Of a stretch of 64,000 nucleotides of DNA, positions 1-9,435 are shown piece after piece. A program made the position numbers and the translations under genes. The stretch spans positions 28,323 through 92,322 of the forward strand of contig JAFGXF010000135.1 in NCBI GenBank assembly GCA_016936755.1, given 5' to 3'. Source of the stretch: Anaerolineaceae bacterium. Lineage in GTDB: Bacteria > Chloroflexota > Anaerolineae > Anaerolineales > Anaerolineaceae. Under the pieces are notes generated by a model, which saw only the letters and a program-made list of their open reading frames with translations, searched no databases and was not told the origin of the DNA. The number at the start of each line of letters is the position of its first letter. Positions within the stretch are counted from its first letter, which is position 1.

Positions 1-1
1 C

Positions 2-1216
2 GGTGAAGTGACACTCGTTGCGCTGGCTGAAAATGATTTTTCCCAAACGATCATCGTGCAACTATGGAATCAATCGGGGGAATTAATTAAATCATCTGAT
101 AACATTCGGTTATTTCCAGACTCCATCGACCCAATGGGTCTATATACTAATCAGACTTTATTCAATGATATATGGATTCAATCTGCTCACCTGAGAGTGA
201 TGAGCATGCCATTGCTGATTAACGGCAAGTCAATCGGTGTTTTACAGGTTGGCACCAGTTTAACACCAATTGATACAACCCAGGATACATTGATTTCCGT
301 GTTGTTTATTACAATGATGGCAGCGATTGGCATTGCTCTGGTGTTGGGTGGGCTGGTCATACGCAGTGCTTTAAAACCGCTGGTAGTCGCAAAGGACACC
401 GCAATTCAAATCAGCAATGCAGATGATCTTTCACGGCGCATCCCCTACAAGGATGTTGGAGAGGAACCTGATGAGATTGGAGAATTGATTAATGCATTCA
501 ACCAGACTCTTGGGAGATTGGAAAAATTATTTAGCGCCCAACGCCGTTTCATGGCAGATGTCAGCCATGAATTGCGTACGCCATTGACCGTAATTAATGG
601 TAATGTGGGCTTAATTCGCCGCATGCATCATGTGGATGAAGAAGCACTAGCAAGTATAGAATCAGAAGTTGATCGGTTAACGCGCCTTGTGGGTGACCTG
701 CTACTGTTGGCACAGGCAGAGTCGGGAAAGATACCGCTTGATATTAAGGCAATCGAATTGGATGCATTATTGCTGGAAGTGTATCAACAGCTGCGAGTAC
801 TGGCAGGTGAACGGGTGGAAGTAAGACTGGCTGACATTGATCAAGTGAAGGTGATGGGCGATCGTGACCGTCTCAAACAGGTCATCATCAATCTTGGAGC
901 CAATGCGATTAATTACACACAGAATCGCGGACAGGTTCAGATCGGATTATGCAAAACGAAAGGTCAAGCCAAGTTGCTGGTTACAGATAACGGTCCAGGC
1001 ATTCCAGCGGAAGACCTTCCACATATATTCGAGCGGTTTTATCGCGGAGAGAAATCACGCACTCGCCAAAATGACGAATCCAGCTATGGGCTGGGTCTTT
1101 CAATTGCATATTGGATTGTCCAGGCACATGGCGGAAGGATCGAGGTGTCCTCAAAGGTTGGAGAAGGCAGCAGTTTCTGTGTATGGCTGCCACTGGGAAA
1201 TAATAAAGACTCCTGA
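2..1216 (+). CDS. sensor histidine kinase, 5'-truncated at window edge (TM-HAMP-HisKA-HATPase_c)
   Basis: The frame is open from the window start. One TM segment (LISVLFITMMAAIGIALVLGGLVI), H-box FMADVSHELRTPL, and ATPase boxes NLGANAINYT, DNGPGI, GLGLSIA. The expected first TM segment is missing, so the true start lies upstream of the window. Confidence 0.85.
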   Translation, partial: GEVTLVALAENDFSQTIIVQLWNQSGELIKSSDNIRLFPDSIDPMGLYTNQTLFNDIWIQSAHLRVMSMPLLINGKSIGVLQVGTSLTPIDTTQDTLISVLFITMMAAIGIALVLGGLVIRSALKPLVVAKDTAIQISNADDLSRRIPYKDVGEEPDEIGELINAFNQTLGRLEKLFSAQRRFMADVSHELRTPLTVINGNVGLIRRMHHVDEEALASIESEVDRLTRLVGDLLLLAQAESGKIPLDIKAIELDALLLEVYQQLRVLAGERVEVRLADIDQVKVMGDRDRLKQVIINLGANAINYTQNRGQVQIGLCKTKGQAKLLVTDNGPGIPAEDLPHIFERFYRGEKSRTRQNDESSYGLGLSIAYWIVQAHGGRIEVSSKVGEGSSFCVWLPLGNNKDS

Positions 1217-1251
1217 GAAGGTTTTATGGTCTATTGATGATTTTCATTCGA

Positions 1252-1947
1252 TCACATTGTTCGGTATCGTATGGGAATACCGCGATAGGTTGGTTCGGGT
1301 TTTATGGGAAAGGATTGCCTTGCGGATGACGATTGCCTGACTGAGGTTGTTACACAGGGGAACATTTCAAGCATCATACCCTCGTTGCGTAGTTGCGATT
1401 CATTATGGAAAGACAGGTTGTTTGAGGAGTAAACCTGATCGCATGATAGTTGATCAGGGTGTGAGAATGAACCAATGATTGAAATTCGAATAAACCAAAT
1501 CATGAGCGTCATAAAAGCAGGCAGAATTTTAACAAGAGCAAGGGAATCTACGATCCAACCGGTTTGCATCTGACGAGCAAGAATGGCCATGGAAATGCCA
1601 TGCCAGGTGAGTAACGTGTTTAATCCAGCAGCCAGAAGCCACGCGATGATCAGACGGCGTTCACTTATTGTCTGCTTGACCACTTTAGCAGGATTGTACA
1701 TGAGGGTAATTCCTGCAAGATCGATACAACAAAACGCCACTGCCAGAACAGCAGCCCAGGACAGACCGGCAGTTGCCTGACTTCCCAATAGCCTGGAAAG
1801 TGCAAAGAAGGAGGTTGCGTAGTTAAACCCCTGAAAGGCTAATAAGGCAATCAACTTGGCGATAATAGCGGTGGCATTATGAGTAATGCGATTATTTATT
1901 TGAAGGGGGGGTATAGCTGAATGATCTTGCACCAGGGAGCTGTTCAT
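1252..1947 (-). CDS. hypothetical polytopic membrane protein
   Basis: Several hydrophobic helices. I moved the start to ATG 1947 (MNSSLVQ...) because AAGGAGG lies about 6 nt upstream. No family recognised. Confidence 0.5.
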   Translation of the reverse strand: MNSSLVQDHSAIPPLQINNRITHNATAIIAKLIALLAFQGFNYATSFFALSRLLGSQATAGLSWAAVLAVAFCCIDLAGITLMYNPAKVVKQTISERRLIIAWLLAAGLNTLLTWHGISMAILARQMQTGWIVDSLALVKILPAFMTLMIWFIRISIIGSFSHPDQLSCDQVYSSNNLSFHNESQLRNEGMMLEMFPCVTTSVRQSSSARQSFPIKPEPTYRGIPIRYRTM

Positions 1948-2104
1948 ATCATCCTCCTTGTTTGAATGACCTGTCTTATTATAGAACGAATGTTCTATGT
2001 TTGTCAAGGGCACATCTTCACTCCGATTGAATAGAATTGTTACTGGATGGGTTGATCATGGCTGTATGTGAAAGTGAATTACTCATATAAAAAGGATGAT
2101 TAGA

Positions 2105-2648
2105 ATGACAAAAACACAGGACATTCTGAAGATTGCTTTTACTGGTGAATTACAGGCCTCTCCACGCTACCTGGCATTTGCCAGGAAGGCAGAGCAGGAT
2201 AGTTGTCATCAAATTGCAGATTGATTAAAAATGTAGCAGCCGCTGAAAAGGCACATATGGGAAATCGCCTGCGGGTAGATGAAGATGTGAAAACGACGCT
2301 GTAGATTTTAACTGCGGCACTGGAGGGTGAAAACCACGAAGACAACATCATGTACCCGCCCATGGTGGCTGTAGCTAATGAAGAGGATAATAAAAGAGCA
2401 GCTATTACGTTCCAATGGGCATTGGCTGTTGAAAGAATCCATGCGGAACTGTACTTTGAAGCGATTGAGAACCTTGATTCCAAAGAAGTGTACGAATACA
2501 CCATCTGTCCGATTTGTGGTTACACCCACAAGGGACCGGCACCCGAAAATACCCGATTTGCGGTGCGCATGGATCCAAATTCGAAACCATCCGTTGGATC
2601 AACCACAAAAGCCCGGGAAATAATCCCGGGTTTCTTGTTCATATGTAA
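2105..2648 (+). pseudogene. rubrerythrin, disrupted (1-nt deletion near 2221, in-frame TAG at 2302-2304, 1-nt deletion near 2547, second CxxC motif degraded)
   Basis: Conceptual translation across three frames gives MTKTQDILKIAFTGELQASPRYLAFARKAEQD..QIAD|LIKNVAAAEKAHMGNRL..TTL*ILTAALEGENHE..MYPPMVAVANEE..FQWALAVERIHAELYFEA..YTICPICGYTHKGPAPE|KYPICGAHGSKFE. This is collinear with the rubrerythrin diiron four-helix bundle plus the C-terminal rubredoxin-like CxxC..CxxC. The second motif reads YPIC instead of CPxC. The SD (AAAAGGA) and terminator are retained. Confidence 0.75.
2609..2640 (+). terminator. intrinsic terminator after the rubrerythrin remnant
   Basis: Stem CCCGGGA / TCCCGGG (2612-2618 / 2624-2630), 5-nt loop, followed by TTTCTTGTT. 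Confidence 0.6.
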
Positions 2649-2728
2649 ATCCAATACTTTGTTAACCCCTTTCTTGCAAGACGACGATAGTCTTATACAA
2701 ATGATATAAACACAGTAAGGAGATCAGC

Positions 2729-4618
2729 ATGGCAAAAATTATAGGTATTGATCTGGGAACAACGAATAGTGTGGCCGCCGTTATGGAAGGTGGTGCTCCT
2801 GTGGTTATTCCGACCAGCGAAGGTCCGCTTCTGTTACCTTCTGTGGTTGCTTTTAATAAAAATGGGGAACGGCTGGTTGGCATACCTGCCAAACGCCAGG
2901 CTGTTATTAATTCAGAAAATACAGTGTCTTCTATAAAACGGTTTATGGGGCGTCGTTATGATGAGGTTGCAGCTGAGCGAAAAATGGTACCTTATTCTGT
3001 GATTAAAGGTACAGCCGGCGATGCGCGGGTAAAGGTGCCGGTAACTGGCAAGGAGTATACACCACAAGAGATATCTGCCATGATCCTTGGCAAAATAAAG
3101 TCTGATGCTGAGGCTTATCTGGGCACGCCTGTAACCCAGGCAGTAATAACAGTTCCCGCTTATTTCAACGATAGCCAGCGTCAGGCCACCAAGGATGCTG
3201 GACGGATTGCTGGATTGGAAGTACTGCGTATCATCAATGAACCAACTGCATCCGCACTGGCCTATGGGCTTGACAAGAAGAAAAATGAAGTCATCCTGGT
3301 ATTTGACTTGGGTGGCGGTACCTTTGATGTAAGCCTGTTGGATGTTGGTGAGGGTGTGGTTGAGGTTAAAGCCACCAATGGAGATACACACCTGGGTGGT
3401 GATGACTGGGATCATGAGATCGTCAATTGGGCTGCAGATGAGTTCAAGAGTGAGCAGGGGATCGACTTACGAAAAGATCGACAGGCTCTTCAAAGGTTGC
3501 GTGAGGCTGCTGAAAAAGCCAAAATTGAATTGTCGAGTATGTCTGAGACCGAGATCAATCTGCCATATGTCACGGCTGATGCTGAAGGCCCGAAGCATAT
3601 GCAGTTGAAAATCAATCGTGCCAAACTTGAACAACTGACCCGCCATTTGGTTGAGCGATGCCGCACGCCGTTTGAATCCGCACTCAAGGATGCAGGTCTC
3701 TCAGCCAATCAAATAGATCAGGTTGTCCTGGTTGGTGGTGCCACACGCATGCCAATGATCCAGGATCTCGTGAGATCATTGGTTAACAAGGAACCCAACA
3801 AGGGTGTTAATCCGGATGAAGTTGTAGCAGTAGGTGCAGCTATTCAGGCTGGTGTTATGGGAGGCGATGTCAAGGATGTTTTGTTACTGGATGTGACACC
3901 ATTGTCACTGGGTGTCGAAACTATCGGTGGTGTTCGTACCGTGTTGATCGAGCGCAACACCACCATACCGGTGAAGAAGACTGAGATGTTCTCGACTGCT
4001 GAAGACTCCCAGACAGCAGTGGATATTCACGTACTTCAAGGTGAAAGATCCATGGCGGCTGATAACATGACCCTCGGCCGCTTCAGATTGGATGGTATTC
4101 CTGCTGCTCCGCGAGGGATGCCACAGATTGAGGTCACTTTTGATATCGATGCCAATGGTATTTTGAATGTGACAGCAAAAGATAAAGCTACTGGCCGGGA
4201 ACAAAAAGTGACCATCACGGCCTCGACCAATTTACAAAAAAGTGATATTGATAGAATGGTGAATGAAGCGAGACAAAACCAAACGGATGATCAAAAACGT
4301 AAGGAGTTGGCCGATGCGAAGAATACGGCTGATTCGACAGCTTATCAGGCAGAACGGTTATTGAATGATCTGGGAGATAAAATACCCGGCGAAACGCGTG
4401 AGGACGTGCAATCCAAGATCGAGGCTGTTCGCCAGAGTATGAATGGTGAGGATCTTCAATTGATCCGTTCACTGACCAGTGATATGCAAAATGCATTAAA
4501 TGCACTTACTGCGCAAGCTTCTGCTCAACCACAACCGGAAAGAGAATCAGAAGGGGAAACCACAATAAACAACAACACGGATGGTGATGTTGTTGACGGT
4601 GAGTTCCGCGAAGTATGA
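2729..4618 (+). CDS. dnaK: molecular chaperone DnaK (Hsp70)
   Basis: 629 aa. Motifs [28 protein letters not shown], a substrate-binding domain and a helical lid. SD TAAGGAG lies 7 nt upstream. Confidence 0.98.
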   Translation: MAKIIGIDLGTTNSVAAVMEGGAPVVIPTSEGPLLLPSVVAFNKNGERLVGIPAKRQAVINSENTVSSIKRFMGRRYDEVAAERKMVPYSVIKGTAGDARVKVPVTGKEYTPQEISAMILGKIKSDAEAYLGTPVTQAVITVPAYFNDSQRQATKDAGRIAGLEVLRIINEPTASALAYGLDKKKNEVILVFDLGGGTFDVSLLDVGEGVVEVKATNGDTHLGGDDWDHEIVNWAADEFKSEQGIDLRKDRQALQRLREAAEKAKIELSSMSETEINLPYVTADAEGPKHMQLKINRAKLEQLTRHLVERCRTPFESALKDAGLSANQIDQVVLVGGATRMPMIQDLVRSLVNKEPNKGVNPDEVVAVGAAIQAGVMGGDVKDVLLLDVTPLSLGVETIGGVRTVLIERNTTIPVKKTEMFSTAEDSQTAVDIHVLQGERSMAADNMTLGRFRLDGIPAAPRGMPQIEVTFDIDANGILNVTAKDKATGREQKVTITASTNLQKSDIDRMVNEARQNQTDDQKRKELADAKNTADSTAYQAERLLNDLGDKIPGETREDVQSKIEAVRQSMNGEDLQLIRSLTSDMQNALNALTAQASAQPQPERESEGETTINNNTDGDVVDGEFREV

Positions 4619-4666
4619 CGGTATAATCTGCCAGGGTTACCAAAGAGTCGCGTGTTGATAAATAGT

Positions 4667-4700
4667 AAGCGCCCTCGCAATCCGAGGGCGCTTATTTTAT
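4667..4700. terminator. hairpin terminator shared by convergent dnaK and the PadR-operon membrane gene
   Basis: 11-bp stem AAGCGCCCTCG / CGAGGGCGCTT, 5-nt loop, then ATTTTATTAT on the + strand. Confidence 0.75.
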
Positions 4701-4721
4701 TATCATAACTCAAATTATCAA

Positions 4722-5822
4722 TCAGGAGTTACGTTTATTGCTAAAGCGTTTGGAGGCCAACCGTGCTCGAAGCAGTTGCGAAAGAGCGATGACAACCTCC
4801 ACGCTCTGAACGATGATCAGGATAGCCAGAATGATCTTGGGTGCCAGATGAACCATATTCACCAGCGCTTTAGCGGACTCCGCCGCGGGCGTGGAAGTGA
4901 GATCGGAAAGGCTGAAGTTTACCAAAGACGGTCCACTCAGCATGATCCCGGACAGTACGATTCCAGCCACTTCGATTATCAGGCTAATTATCCGCGTGAT
5001 TGACTGCCAGAAACCCTGGCGGAGTAGAAATACATCCAGAACAATGGATAAAATACCCAACAGGTTGATCCATGGCAAGTATCCGATAAAAGTATCTGAT
5101 AGGGCGGGAATGAATATCCAACTGCTTTCATTAAGCATGGCATTAACGATCAGGAAGGGATACAGGTTTAGCAAAGCCAGCCCTAATAAAGTGAAAACGA
5201 TCTCGAAGATCATTTCACCTCTTTTTAACTCTTCTGTATCAGGAACGATGTTCAGGGATGTCGGTTGAAATTTTCCATTGATTTCGCTAAAATCTGATGA
5301 AGGTGGCAGATGCTCCAACACGGAATTCAGGTCAGAAGGCTGCCATTCTTCATCCGTTACATTTAATTCCGATGGCGGAAGAACGCGCTCCAATACAGCA
5401 AAGATCAGAACGATACTACCAAGGGCTGCCGTCGCACCCCCAAAGAATTGCATGGTGAAACTACCCAGTGACTTGAGGAAGGCTGGATCAGCAAAATGGT
5501 TGTAGTATTGCCATAAAAAGCTTGCTAGAGATACAGCTAATAAGACACCCAATACGATTTTCACGACTGTCATGAAGAACGGATACAGTTGGGGTCCGAT
5601 CAAATACCGGGTCGGAAGATACGCGGCGGCAACTTTGGCTGGAGAGCCATATTCTTTCAAGACTTCTTCGATCATATTGTTATCGATCGGTCGTCCGGTC
5701 TGTTGTGCCCGGTCTTCAAGCATATCCTCAAGTGTGGACCGGATTTCTGTTTGCAGGTCAAGGCGATTCTTTTGTGGTAATTTCCTGCCAATTACGATTA
5801 TGTATTTATCCAGCAGGTTCAT
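4722..5822 (-). CDS. PadR-associated membrane protein (DUF1700/HAAS-like N-terminal helical domain plus multi-TM region)
   Basis: N-terminus MNLLDKYI..LPQKNRLDLQTEIRSTLEDMLEDRA....EVLKEYGSPAKVAAAY is the type seen in membrane partners of PadR regulators. Several TM helices follow. The start lies 2 nt after the padR stop. Confidence 0.6.
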   Translation of the reverse strand: MNLLDKYIIVIGRKLPQKNRLDLQTEIRSTLEDMLEDRAQQTGRPIDNNMIEEVLKEYGSPAKVAAAYLPTRYLIGPQLYPFFMTVVKIVLGVLLAVSLASFLWQYYNHFADPAFLKSLGSFTMQFFGGATAALGSIVLIFAVLERVLPPSELNVTDEEWQPSDLNSVLEHLPPSSDFSEINGKFQPTSLNIVPDTEELKRGEMIFEIVFTLLGLALLNLYPFLIVNAMLNESSWIFIPALSDTFIGYLPWINLLGILSIVLDVFLLRQGFWQSITRIISLIIEVAGIVLSGIMLSGPSLVNFSLSDLTSTPAAESAKALVNMVHLAPKIILAILIIVQSVEVVIALSQLLRARLASKRFSNKRNS

Positions 5823-5824
5823 TT

Positions 5825-6172
5825 TTACTCCTTCCCTTTTGATAACAAGTGATTAAGGGTCGCCACCGTGTTGGACCATTCTTTCTTTAAATCTGCAAGA
5901 GCTGATTTCCCTTGTGAACTGATCAGGTAATAACGACGCGGTCGGGACTCGTCCATGATACGCCAATCTGATCGCAGCAACCCCTGCGATTCCAAACGGC
6001 GCATCAGCGGATAGAGTGTGCCCTGGTCGATGGCAAGACCCTGGTCCGACAGGCGTTTAAGCAGTGAATAACCATACTGTTCTTCTTCAAGCTGACTGAG
6101 GACAGCGATGGCCAATACACCGCGGCGAAGTTCAAGAATAATACTTTGGACTGGATTTTGATTGTTTTCCAT
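5825..6172 (-). CDS. PadR family transcriptional regulator
   Basis: 115 aa winged-helix protein. Motifs YGYSLLKRL....GTLYPLMRRLESQGLL....RPRRYYLIS..G. Confidence 0.9.
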   Translation of the reverse strand: MENNQNPVQSIILELRRGVLAIAVLSQLEEEQYGYSLLKRLSDQGLAIDQGTLYPLMRRLESQGLLRSDWRIMDESRPRRYYLISSQGKSALADLKKEWSNTVATLNHLLSKGKE

Positions 6173-6189
6173 AATTTGCCTATAATCAT

Positions 6190-6218
6190 ATTATACTGTA
6201 TGCCATACAGTATAACAA
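6190..6218 (-). promoter_or_regulatory. padR promoter with overlapping perfect palindromic operator
   Basis: Minus strand carries -35 TTGTTA (6218-6213), a 17-nt spacer and -10 TATAAT (6195-6190). The palindrome TTATACTGTATG-c-CATACAGTATAA (6191-6215, 12-nt arms) covers the spacer and the -10. Confidence 0.65.
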
Positions 6219-6313
6219 GGTTTGTAATAATGACATATACTGCAATGAACTTCCCAATTGGGTTTGGGATGCTATAATTATCTTTGATATCATCACGCAG
6301 GAAGGATTAAGTC

Positions 6314-7066
6314 GTGAAAGCCAACTCCACGCGAGGAAAATTAATAGTAGTTGAAGGGATCGATGGCAGTGGAAAATCCACCCAGATCGATCTGTTGAAC
6401 AAATGGTTGCTTTCCATTGGGAAATCAGTATATTTTAGTGAGTGGAACTCTTCTGATCTGGTAAAAAGCACCACACGTCTGGCTAAACGTGAGCATATGT
6501 TTACGCCGACCACTTTCAGCCTGCTGCAATGCACAGATTTCACTGATCGCTGGGAAAACCGCATCATGCCCATGCTGAAAGCCGGTGCGATTGTTTTGGC
6601 TGACAGGTACGCCTTCACTGCCTTTGCTCGTGATGTAGCGCGTGGTGTGGATCCACAGTGGGTGCGTACCCTCTACTCCTTTGCGATCCAGCCTGACTTG
6701 GTTCTGTATTTTCGTGTTCCATTAGACGTGGCTGTTGAAAGAATCACCTCAGCACGGTCCAAAATAAAATTTTATGAAGCTGGAATGGACCTGGGTTTAT
6801 CAGATAACAAAATCACCAGTTTCCGCCTGTTCCAGCAACGTATCGTGGATGAATATGACCATATGGTTGATGAGTACCAGTTTACGGTGATTGACGGCAC
6901 CCAACCGGTACAGGCGCAGCAAAAGACTGTACGTGCGATTGTTAAAAAGCAGTTGCAAGGTTGGCAGGGGCTACTAACACCGTTGGAGGCAGTACGACGC
7001 AATACCCGTCAAAGTAAGGCCATTGCGACTGGTTTGCCAGATACGATTGAAGGGGAGCCATCATGA
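6314..7066 (+). CDS. thymidylate-kinase-fold P-loop protein, divergent (paralogue 1)
   Basis: P-loop VVEGIDGSGKST and DRY-type motif LADRYAFTAFA. The region where canonical Tmk has REPGGT reads SEWNSS. GTG start with GAAGGA upstream. A TATAAT lies at 6273-6278. Confidence 0.7.
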   Translation: MKANSTRGKLIVVEGIDGSGKSTQIDLLNKWLLSIGKSVYFSEWNSSDLVKSTTRLAKREHMFTPTTFSLLQCTDFTDRWENRIMPMLKAGAIVLADRYAFTAFARDVARGVDPQWVRTLYSFAIQPDLVLYFRVPLDVAVERITSARSKIKFYEAGMDLGLSDNKITSFRLFQQRIVDEYDHMVDEYQFTVIDGTQPVQAQQKTVRAIVKKQLQGWQGLLTPLEAVRRNTRQSKAIATGLPDTIEGEPS

Positions 7067-7746
7067 CAAAAGCGAGATTCTTTGGGGCTGGATTCCCGTA
7101 CAATCCGCTTGAGGAATATCCCGGCAAGCTGGTGGTTCTCGAAGGGACAGATGGTGTTGGGCGATCCACCCAGATCACACTATTACGGCAATGGTTGGAA
7201 AAAGAGGGATTTGCAGTGTCAGACACAGGTCTGAGGCGTTCTCCGATGACCCAACCGGGTCTGGATGCTGCCAAACTGGGACATACACTCAATTCAATGA
7301 CCATGAGTTTGTTCTATGCGACTGATTTTGCAGATCGGCTTGAAAACCAGATCATACCGGCATTAAAGGCTGGGTTCTTGGTACTGTCTGACCGATATTT
7401 TTACTCAATCATTGCCCGCGATATCATCCGCGGCGCCGATCCGGAATGGGCGCGAAAAATCTATGGTTTTGCTTTGGTTCCTGATTTGGTCCTCTACTTG
7501 CGTACAGATATTCAGCATCTGGTGACACGCATGGTACATGGCCGCGGTTTCAACTTTTGGGAGTCCGGGATGGATATCCGTTTTGCAGATAATCTGTATG
7601 ACGGGTTTTGTCTATATCAATCGAACTTGATCGATCAGTTTGATCTGATGGCAAAAGAATTTAAATTTGTTCCAGTCGATGCCTCCCAATCGGTTAATCA
7701 AGTATTTGAAGAATTAAAGAAGCGCATCATTAAATTAATAATCTAG
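7063..7746 (+). CDS. thymidylate-kinase-fold P-loop protein, divergent (paralogue 2)
   Basis: P-loop VLEGTDGVGRST and LSDRYFYSIIA. The start overlaps the upstream stop (ATGA at 7063-7066). Confidence 0.7.
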   Translation: MTKARFFGAGFPYNPLEEYPGKLVVLEGTDGVGRSTQITLLRQWLEKEGFAVSDTGLRRSPMTQPGLDAAKLGHTLNSMTMSLFYATDFADRLENQIIPALKAGFLVLSDRYFYSIIARDIIRGADPEWARKIYGFALVPDLVLYLRTDIQHLVTRMVHGRGFNFWESGMDIRFADNLYDGFCLYQSNLIDQFDLMAKEFKFVPVDASQSVNQVFEELKKRIIKLII

Positions 7747-7752
7747 GTAGGC

Positions 7753-8718
7753 ATGACATTAATAACCAATCCCGCGATCTGTAGTTATGGCATTGATGTC
7801 ATACAAAAGAATCTGATTGCCTTTCGAAAGGAAATACCTGGTGTTATACAATCCAGGGACCTTGAATATGTTCACCGCATCCGAGTTGCCTCACGACGGT
7901 TTGCCAGGGCAATCGAGATCTTTGAAACCTGTTATCCTTCAAAGCGGGTGAAAAACTGGCTGAAGGATATTCTTCAGACCACCCGGATACTGGGTCAGGC
8001 ACGCGACTTGGATATCCAGGCGCACTGTGTTAAGGAATATCTGCAGAATAGATCAGAAAAAGATACCCGAAGCGGTGTGAAGCGGTTGCAATTACGCATT
8101 GTTCAAAGACGCCTGCACATTCAATCAATATTGTTGGAAGAGTTGGACAGATTGGAAAAACGCAAAACCCTGCAGAAGATTGACAACCATTGCTGTAAAC
8201 TTAAGAGAAATAATGGGGAGGCTGTTCCTATTGATTCTGGGAGCCTGTATGAGTTTGGGCATGCTGCGATACTGACACCAATGGATGAGTTTCTGTCATA
8301 TGATGAATTTGTCGATCAAATCGAGGCGGTCAAGGAATTGCATGCCATGCGTATTGCGGCGAAGATGTTACGCTACACTATGGAATGCTTTACCAGCCTA
8401 TATACCGATGGTTTGACGGGTTACCTGAGTATTATGCACACAATACAGGATCATCTGGGTTTAATACATGATTGTGATGTATGGCAGGCAATGCGATTTA
8501 AATTCATTGAAAAGGAACGTCGTCGCAGTGAGAAATATTATGGCAATGATCGGGTGATGGAGCGCTTGCTACCAGGTTTGCAGGCTTTCTTTGAAGACCG
8601 CCAAAAAAAACGTGTTGAAACCTACAATGACTTTGTGATTTATTGGGACGAATTGCGTCAACAGCATATATGGGATAATCTCCGGACAGATATTTCCATA
8701 AACCCTTGTTTGATGTAA
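7753..8718 (+). CDS. CHAD domain protein
   Basis: Repeated conserved-His helical motifs: VHRIRVASRRFARAIEIF, LGQARDLDI, LHAMRIAAKMLRYTMECF, IQDHLGLIHDCDV. Confidence 0.8.
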   Translation: MTLITNPAICSYGIDVIQKNLIAFRKEIPGVIQSRDLEYVHRIRVASRRFARAIEIFETCYPSKRVKNWLKDILQTTRILGQARDLDIQAHCVKEYLQNRSEKDTRSGVKRLQLRIVQRRLHIQSILLEELDRLEKRKTLQKIDNHCCKLKRNNGEAVPIDSGSLYEFGHAAILTPMDEFLSYDEFVDQIEAVKELHAMRIAAKMLRYTMECFTSLYTDGLTGYLSIMHTIQDHLGLIHDCDVWQAMRFKFIEKERRRSEKYYGNDRVMERLLPGLQAFFEDRQKKRVETYNDFVIYWDELRQQHIWDNLRTDISINPCLM

Positions 8719-8760
8719 AAACCAAATATTATCGATCAGGAACCAATCATTGAGTGGTCT

Positions 8761-9432
8761 ATGAGCAATCAGGAAAACGGTGATAGTAAAGCTACCAATA
8801 TTCAGGAATACCGAACGCTGACCGGGTTAAACGAGCTGTCCACCGGCGACATCAGGTTACCGGTGGTGTTAACCCTGGCAGAGACATGTGCTTTTGAAGC
8901 CGGACATACCTATCAGGTCACCCGCCTGGCACTCTGCATATTTGATCAGATGAAATCTTTACACCATTTGGGACACATCGAAAGGTTCTGGCTTGAGTCC
9001 GCAGCCATTCTGCATGATATTGGTTGGGTGGATGGATGGCGTGGCCATCACAAATCCAGCCTGCGAATTATTCTACAGACACCCATGCTGCCGTTTACGA
9101 CTCGCGAGCGGTTGATCATTGGTTCTGTAGCACGTTATCATCGTAAAGCGTTACCAGATGAGCAGCATGATCATTATAATGCTCTGGGTTTTCATGATCG
9201 TCAGGTTGTTAAGATCCTTGCAGCCATCCTGCGTATCGCTGATGGACTCGATACCACCCACCAGTGCCTGGTAAAGAACATCTTGGTGAAACTGTCAACG
9301 CGCAAAGTCGAATTTACCTGCCGTGTGGATTTACCGATTTCTGAGGAATCAAAGATGGCTTTACAGAAAGCTGACTTAATGGAAATGGTCTTCAATAAAA
9401 AGGTGGCTGTTACCTGGCAGATAGGAGACTAA
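8761..9432 (+). CDS. stand-alone HD-domain phosphohydrolase resembling the C-terminal domain of Ppx/GppA
   Basis: Motifs AILHDIGW, HHKSS, ARYHRK, ILRIADGLD. Confidence 0.65.
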   Translation: MSNQENGDSKATNIQEYRTLTGLNELSTGDIRLPVVLTLAETCAFEAGHTYQVTRLALCIFDQMKSLHHLGHIERFWLESAAILHDIGWVDGWRGHHKSSLRIILQTPMLPFTTRERLIIGSVARYHRKALPDEQHDHYNALGFHDRQVVKILAAILRIADGLDTTHQCLVKNILVKLSTRKVEFTCRVDLPISEESKMALQKADLMEMVFNKKVAVTWQIGD

Positions 9433-9435
9433 CCC

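Noticed and set aside
2350-2709. The 119-aa track ORF, considered as an intact gene.
   Set aside because: It is the middle and 3' part of the disrupted rubrerythrin. Its tail after about 2547 is out of frame relative to the rubredoxin-like motif and runs through the terminator hairpin.
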